Positions 54,929-64,000 of a DNA stretch of 64,000 nucleotides are shown here, one piece after another. This DNA comes from the human T2T-CHM13v2.0 reference genome, Homo sapiens, in the NCBI RefSeq assembly GCF_009914755.1, contig NC_060939.1. One strand, given 5' to 3'. The position numbers and the translations under genes were made by a program. The notes under the pieces are model-generated. The model saw nothing but the letters and a program-made list of their open reading frames with translations, searched no databases and was not told the DNA's origin. Numbering within the stretch: position 1 is the first letter of the stretch; each line of letters starts with the position of its first letter.

Positions 54929-55568
54929 ATCAATCTGGCAAATAATCTAAGCCCCAATCAACAAAAGCAGTGTGCACTGTGCCCCAGGCATTTTCATGAC
55001 TTTACTCTAGAGTGAATTGACAATATGAGAAAACACTGGGTCCTAGGACTGGCTTCTTATTTGCCAATTAGCCCATCTGTGAATATTTATTGAGCATTTA
55101 CCATGTACAAATCTCAAGACTGATTCTCAAAAGGGATCAGGTGACATTTTTAAAGACCTGACCCTCTTACTCTCTCCTTCTGGAACTTTCTGCCTCAATT
55201 TTTCTCCTTAAGGAGGGGCTAGCTAATTATCACTATAGCAATTTTTATCCTTCCTAAGAAGATTTAGTAAAAGTAAACCAGCCTTCATGTAATATGATTT
55301 GTTTCAAATGGTTAGGAATAAGGGTAGATATATAAACATAAAAATGTATTTTCCGTATTTCCTAATAGAGTGAAATTGCAAAGATGTCAGCAGTTCAACA
55401 AGCATCTCAGGAGACTGACTACACGCACTCACCCTTCTGGTTTTCCGGGAGCTAGAGCCTCACCAAAGGAGATGATAGCTAGGAAAGAAGAAAATCACAC
55501 AACGGCAAGGACAGAGGTAGAGAAAGCAATGAGCTGAATGGGGGATGGAGTGGAGAGTGGAGGAGAGT

Positions 55569-55965
55569 TGATAAAATGAAAACTTCACCTGAATTAAATT
55601 TAAATGAGTTTAATGGAGCAATGAACGATTCGCAAATCAGGCAGCCTTCTGAGCAAGGATAGGCTCAGAGACTCCAGCGCAGCCACGTGGTGGATAAGAT
55701 TATGGACAGAAAAAGGAAAGTGAGGTACAGAAAACAGAAGTGAGGTACAGAAGCAGCTGGATTGGTTACAGCTCGGCATTTGCCTTATTTGAACGCAGTT
55801 AAAACAGTTGGCTACAGTTGACTGTCCAAAACTCAGTGATTGGCACAAGTGCAGGTTACAGTCTGTTTGTACATCTACTTGTTAGAGTTCATGATGTACA
55901 AAAAACCTTTAGGCCGAACTTAAAATATGTAAGGAAGCAGCTTTAGGCTAAACTTTGATTTAACA
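55569..55965 (-). mobile_element. MER57-family ERV1 solo LTR
   Basis: Reverse complement begins tgttaaatcaaagtttagcctaaagctgcttccttacatattttaagttcggcctaaagg, matching MER57A-type LTRs; TG...CA ends. Confidence 0.85.
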
Positions 55966-56380
55966 CGGTGAAAGAGAAGAAGAAAATGGATCACTTCATT
56001 GCCTGAGAGGTTCTCATTGACCAGGGTTAATTGGTGTCAGCAAAAGGCATCTCCCAGTGAATCCACTTAAAATGGAACCATAATTTGATAAAAACATATT
56101 TCAAAAGGATTTGCTGAGAACAATTGTAAAAATTAAAGCAAAAATTATTGAAGCACATGCATTTTATTTTATAAGTAACAAAATATATTTTATAATTAAA
56201 TGCAGTACTCAGAATCAAGAAGAGTAAATCAAGTATTGACTTTTGTGGTAATTTTCCCAAGAAAATTGTAAGGCAATATAATACAGCCATCATTTCACAT
56301 TTCACTTCTGCAACACAAGACTATCACCTGGAAAATATTTGAAGTTTTTTAAAATTAGGTTTTTCTGAGGGTCTTACTAA

Positions 56381-56759
<379 letters not shown>

Positions 56760-58193
56760 TTCTCTTCTCTGATTGTTAAATTAACTCTGCCAGATCCCTA
56801 TATGTCAAATAGTGGCTTAAAATGCGATTTATGCAGCTCACCAACATTACTTTCATTCTTTCATAAAATTCTACAACTTTTGAAATATGCATAATTTCTC
56901 TTTGCAGTCAATTTGTATTATATTGTATCACATTGTTGGCTTTTTATAATATTTGATAGTCAGTGAGAGACTAACCAAGACATTGGCACAATAGGCTGAT
57001 ATAAATGTTCTGCTAAGCCAGGAGAGCTAGTTGGATGGGGATTAGTTGTATAAGTGGTTAGTTCAGTAATGGACATTTCTGGGTAGTGACCACTTTTCCC
57101 TAGACTGCCTAATAACTTTAGAACTTATATGCAGTAATTAGATAATGAGGTCCCCATGTATAAAAGCCAGGTTTCAAAGTTAGTCCAGGTATTTTGCCTT
57201 CTTGCTCTTTTTTTTCCCCACCCCAAGATTGGTTATTGGCTACCTCGGGAAGTAAGAATCTCAGGTAAAATCAGAAGTGACTCCTTTTATATTCTCTGAC
57301 AGATGAATGTTGAAGTAATAAGAATAAGTCATTTAATGGGAAATTATCTAATGGATGCCCCAAAATTAATTTCTAAAGGGGCATTATTCCAAGAATTAAA
57401 AAGCTCTAAACTCATGAGTGAGTTTAGATTATAGAAGTTATTAATAACCATATTCATAGATAGCTAGGTATAAGAGTAATTGCTGGCCCTTGGATGATTA
57501 AATGATTTGAGATAGCTTTTGTTACTCAGTAGAAGTTATCTTACGGAAGATAAGAGCAGTAAGAGGTGATAAACATGATGGAAGCTGGACAAGAAAACAT
57601 CCAAGAGATGTCTACTGCTTACATCACTGGGACTTCCTATGCCTATTCTATGTTACTTGCTGCAATAAAGGTCTGTGCTCTATACATTGTTTTCTATTAT
57701 ACTTAATTGGAACAGTCTTCTTAGGAAAGAGACAGAAGGAAAGGAAATACATCTTAATGCCCTCTCCTTGATTGAACCCTCCCAATAATTTAACTTTGAA
57801 GTTCACACTGTTAAATGTACACATATGAATGAGCGAGGCAAACAATTAAGATGTTTTTATTTTATTGCATTAAAGCTCAATGTGGATTCTCAGAAACTAA
57901 AGAAATTTCAATTAACTTCAAATCAATTAATATTATACAAAATGATACAGAATAAATCCCAAAATTTCAGACTAAATGGCACATGCCAACTAGGCTTTGC
58001 AAAAGGAACCTCACTTGCTTAAAGTTCTTCAGCTTAAAAAAATAAAACAAAAAACAAAGAGGCAAACTATATTAGCAAACCCATAATTCAGCAAGCGGAG
58101 AAACAAAATATCAAGAATGTAGCAGGTGTAGAAGCATTAATTATCAAAGTATTGATTTAATAAAATGAATAATAAACAGTAAAGGCAATATGA

Positions 58194-58711
58194 GGAAGAG
58201 AAGGAAATTTCTGGCAACTTTGTTTAGATCCCTTTTCAGCTAACAGTCAAGCAAAGAAAGTCTCTTTTAAGCCAGAAGGATCACAATATTCCTTTCCATC
58301 ATGGAATCCCAAATCAAGTTTCTAGCCTCAAGAACCAGAAACAAGTGGCAATATGGTCAATTTGTGTAATCAGCCAATGCAAAGACCAGTCAACGCCGAA
58401 GGAAAATCATCCTGGGAAGCTTATTATGCCCAATTTAAAATAATAAGCCAAATGAACCATCAGACAGAGGAACAGAAAGCACTATTTCTTGCTGCTAGTC
58501 TAAAGGGAACTGCTCTGATTGTGCTAAGCAATTTGTCAGAAAAAGACAGAAAGAGCTCTCTAGTATTATTAGGACATTAACCAGATTTTTTATGGTTGGA
58601 CACAAGGCAGGATTGGCCAGGGTGAGAATCAAGAATTCTATTAGGAAAAGTTGTTAGTCACTAACCAGATTGACTCAAGATACTGAATAATCATTGTGTT
58701 GAATCTATCCA
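58194..58711 (+). mobile_element. Decayed Ty3/Gypsy-type gag (capsid) coding fossil
   Basis: QRPVNAEGKSSWEAYYAQFKIISQMNHQTEEQKALFLAASLKGTALIVLSNL, then after one frameshift SSIIRTLTRFFMVGHKAGLARVRIKNSIRKSC*SLTRLTQDTE*SLC*IYP. Confidence 0.7.
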
Positions 58712-59184
58712 TATGCCCTGAGGACCAAAATGGCATCAGAACTCCATTTTCTGAAACATTTTGTAAGTCATCCAGTGGAAATAAAGTTACATTATTTTTG
58801 CTTTAAATCACATATTATACACACTCTCTAAAAGACTTATTATTTAGTAATCTTCCTGATAAATCTTGGGAGGAAATATTGCCTAAAGTAAAATAAAGAT
58901 AGAGGATGCCCTCAAGTATTCAGCAAAATGTGAATCAATACATGTACAAGAAAATTAGCTGATGCCAGGAAAAGGACAATCCGAAACGATGAGAGGAAAT
59001 AGTACCAGGTGCTCACACGGGGCCAGAAAGAATTTCTATATCCAGCAACCATACTGGAAAATGCAAAATTAATCGTGCATTTTACAGACTACTTGGAAGG
59101 GTCTTCTACCATTAGTGGGAAATAATTAGCACTAAATTGAGCATTCTGCTGTTCCCACCTAACAAATTTTAAAAGCAAGGCCTA

Positions 59185-60940
<1,756 letters not shown>

Positions 60941-60974
60941 AAGGATAAATAGAAAACACAAATTAATACAGTAG

Positions 60975-61376
60975 ACATGTGGAATGGGTATCCTTGTTTG
61001 CCTTTCCAGATTCACCATCTGTATATACTTTTCTACCCTGCTGTGTGGCCTGGACAAAATCAGAGACTTCCTTGCTCTCTTGTTTCTGAAGAGTAGAAGA
61101 TCAGAAAGAAGAAAAGTGAGGTTGAGTATTCACTTCCCCAGCTTTCTCACTGCAGGATTACATCAGACTGGCTGATTCCTTAATCAAAGGTCTCAGTTCT
61201 TGTCAGGTCACTCTACACATAGCCTTCTCTGACTCTAGGTCCCAGTAACTACTCCTTTCTCTCATTCCCCCAGCACTTTTGGTGGAAATGAAGCCTGCCA
61301 TTCTGAGCTCTGGGTTACTTTACTTTTAGTGTTCCCATACCCAGACTGTACTTTTGTAAGTGTTTTTTTTGTTTTG

Positions 61377-61408
<32 letters not shown>

Positions 61409-61449
61409 CAAATGATGCCATGTATTTCCTTCTGGGGTTTCAACTGACA
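60975..61449 (-). mobile_element. LTR33-like ERVL LTR containing (TTTTG)n
   Basis: Reverse complement begins tgtcagttgaaaccccagaaggaaatacatggca; (TTTTG)n at ~61363-61407. Confidence 0.5.
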
Positions 61450-61758
61450 AAAAAAAAAAAAAATCCAAATACATCACTAATTATACTAAACTCTCCAGTT
61501 AAAAGTTTAACTTTTAAAATGGACAGATTGAAAATAGACAGATTTTTTAATGGAAGATTGTATTTTAAAACTATAATAAAATCAAAGTATATGTTGCTTA
61601 CAAGTGGTGTACTTAAAACACAAGGGCACAGAAATGTTGTGAGTATAAGACGAAAAAGCATCCCATGCAAATATTACTACTAGCCAAAATAAAGTGAATA
61701 TATTTGTAGTCACACCAGGCATCAAGCATTATTGGAAATAAGAAAGAAACCAAACAAG

Positions 61759-62090
61759 GCCGGGCATGGTGGCTCACACCTGTAATCCCTGCATTTTTGG
61801 AGGCTGAGGCAGGAGGATCACTTGAGGCCAGGAATTGAAGACCAGCCTGGCCAACATGGTGAAACCCCATCTCTACCAAAAATACAAAAAAATTAGCCAG
61901 GTGTGGTGGCGGGTGCCTGTAATCCCTGCTAATCGGGAGGCTGAGGCTGAAGGATCTCTGGAACCTGGGAGGTGGAAGTTGCAGTAAGTGGGGATTGCGC
62001 CACTGTACTCCAGCCCAGGTACAGAGAAAGGAAAGGAGAGGAGAGGAGAGGAGAAAAAAGGGGAGGGGATGGGAGGGGAGGGGAGGGACA
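61759..62090 (+). mobile_element. Alu (J/S) with polypurine (GGAGA/GGAGG)n tail
   Basis: Dimer to ~62020, tail replaced by agagaaaggaaaggagaggagaggagaggagaaaaaaggggaggggatgggaggggaggggagg. Confidence 0.88.
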
Positions 62091-62113
62091 AATAATGATA
62101 AAAAGAAAAATTC

Positions 62114-62333
62114 AAGACGATACTTTCAAGAATCATGATCATTCTATACAGTTCATTACTAGAAAAGTTTCTCTAAACATGTAGAGCGCTGGAAGCCATG
62201 AGGAGGAGTCTCAGTGTTGTTGCCTGAGCATGAAGCAGACTCTTGTTGCTTCACTGCAACCACCATGTACCATTGATGATGGTTCTTCTCTTCCTCCAGG
62301 AGAGTAAGAGGGAAAGAATTCAGTCTGAGTGGT
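62114..62333 (+). pseudogene. Full-length U3 (SNORD3) snoRNA retrocopy
   Basis: Colinear with U3: AAGAC.ATACTTTCA, box A-like gatcattctata, box B GAGCATGAAG 62226-62235, box C TGATGA 62274-62279, box D CTGA 62325-62328, ends GTCTGAGTGGT; A tract and TSD-like aaaaattc on both sides. Confidence 0.9.
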
Positions 62334-62364
62334 TTCCCTTCTTGTTAAAAAAGAAAAAAAAATT

Positions 62365-63720
62365 CACCAGGAAGTTATAACTATTTAAAACACGTATGTA
62401 TTTAATAAATAGCTTCAAAGTATATAAAGTAAAAAATTGACAGAATTACAAAAAGAAATTGAAAAAGCCATAAACATGATAGAAGATTTTAACACACTTT
62501 TCTCAGTAATTCAGGAAAATAAAAATTAGGTAAAATGTAGAAGATGTGAACAACCCAATAATTAGAGTATATGCTTTACAAACACACAATTGTAACCAAA
62601 AAAAGTGTCACAAAGCAAACTTCTATACATATCAAAATATAAGCATCAAAAAACTCAAAAACAAAAACAAAAAAGACCCACGTTCTCTGATTATTAGTTT
62701 GAACTTGATAACAATAACAAAATCCTATACATGAAGAAACACTTCAAAAAAATGAATATTCAAATAAATACTAAGAGTACAGAAAGGTACACAACATCAT
62801 TCCAAATCAGGGAAATGCAAATTAAAACCAAAGTAATATCTTAATACTAGTACATACCCCCAAGAATGACTAACATTAAAAAGAGTGACATTACAAGGGT
62901 GGGCAAGGTTGTGGAAGAATTCTTCCCCTCATGTATTGCTGGCATGAGTGTAATTGATACAATGATTTTGGAAAACTGTTTGGCAAGACCATAGTTCCCT
63001 ACCCATGGTTTTGTTTTCCACAGTTTCAGCTATCTATAGTCAGCCACAGTTTGAAAATGTTAAGATATTTTGACAGAGACAGAGAGAGGCCATATTTACA
63101 TAACTTTTATTACAGTATATTGTTATAATTGTTCTACTATTAGGTATTGTTGTTAATATCTTACTATGCCTAATTTATAAATTAAACTTTTTCATAGGAC
63201 TGTATGGGAAGAAACATAGTGTATATAGAGTTCAGTACTATCTGAGGTTCCAGGTATCTATTAGGGGTCTTGGAACATGTTCTCTATGGATAAAGGGGGA
63301 CCAGTGTATTATTAAAGCTACATACATGCCTATCATTTAGCCCAACAATTCCACTCTTAAGTATTTACCTAAGAGAAATGAGTGCATATTTTCACTATAA
63401 AGCTTGTATAAGAATGTTTGTGACAGCTTTATTTATAACAGCTCCAAACAGGAAACAATTCGAATGTCCATTAACAGGAGAATGGATGAATTTTGTTATA
63501 TTTAAATAATGGAATATTATAGGGCAATAAAAAAGAATGACTTACTGGTACACAGAACAACACTGCTGAATCTCACAAATGTTATGTTGAGCAAAAGAAG
63601 CTAAACGCTTTACACACACACTATTTGATTCCATTTATAAGAATTTTAGGAAGAGACAAAACTATCTACAGTGATAGAATTCAGCATAGTAGGAGGTAAG
63701 GTACTAATTGAGAAAGGTGC
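62365..63720 (+). mobile_element. Old L1M fragments (ORF2 and 3' region)
   Basis: aaaattgacagaattacaaaaagaaattga, gggaaatgcaaattaaaacc, ttggaaaactgtttggca, caattccactcttaagtatttacctaagagaaatg. Confidence 0.7.
62990..63306 (+). mobile_element. MER44A-like (Tigger-family) DNA transposon
   Basis: taagatattttga..gaga..acataacttttattacagtatattgttataattgttcta...ggggtcttggaac..ggataaaggggg. Confidence 0.85.
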
Positions 63721-63759
63721 AAAAAAAAAAAAAAAAACCTTAAAAATAATGCCACATTT

Positions 63760-64000
63760 TCTGTGGTATGAACACTTAACATGAGATCTTTCCTCTAAAA
63801 TTTTCAAGAGTGCAATACAGTATTATTTTTGTTAACTATAGATACAATGTTTTACAGCAGATCTCTAGAACGTACTCATCTTGCTTAACTGGAACTCTCA
63901 GCCCATGGATTAGCAACTCCACCACCTTCTCCTCTGCCCTACACCCTGGCAACCACCATTCTACTCTTCGATTCTATAAATTTTACTATTTTAGGTACCT
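63760..64000 (-). mobile_element. L1MA/MB 3' end
   Basis: aacacttaacatgagatct, cagcagatctctagaac, ccctggcaaccaccattctact. Confidence 0.8.

Overview
Mammalian (human-type) genomic DNA, AT-rich and interspersed with Alu, L1, L2, MIR, MaLR/ERV LTRs and DNA transposon fossils. The only true protein-coding piece is the terminal coding exon of CDIN1 (C15orf41; + strand, 17804-17933, ...[42 protein letters not shown]) followed by a ~1.8 kb 3'UTR; bases 1-17803 are intronic. About 6 kb downstream, on the - strand and pointing back toward CDIN1, is a processed CSNK1A1 pseudogene. CDIN1 next to a CK1-alpha retrocopy matches my recollection of CSNK1A1P1 at 15q14, near MEIS2; this placement was recalled, not checked. 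The retrocopy keeps a CpG-rich 5' end with YY1 and ZNF143-like motifs and has a canonical splice donor aimed at CDIN1. The distal half is intergenic. It holds a full-length U3 snoRNA retrocopy, a MER57 LTR and a decayed Ty3/Gypsy-type gag (capsid) reading frame at ~58.2-58.7 kb. Several repeat-free blocks rich in homeodomain/TALE motifs look like developmental enhancers, including four MEIS sites plus a PBX-HOX site in 80 bp at 37.5 kb. Repeat subfamily calls are by eye and approximate. Nearly all ORFs in the supplied track are spurious.
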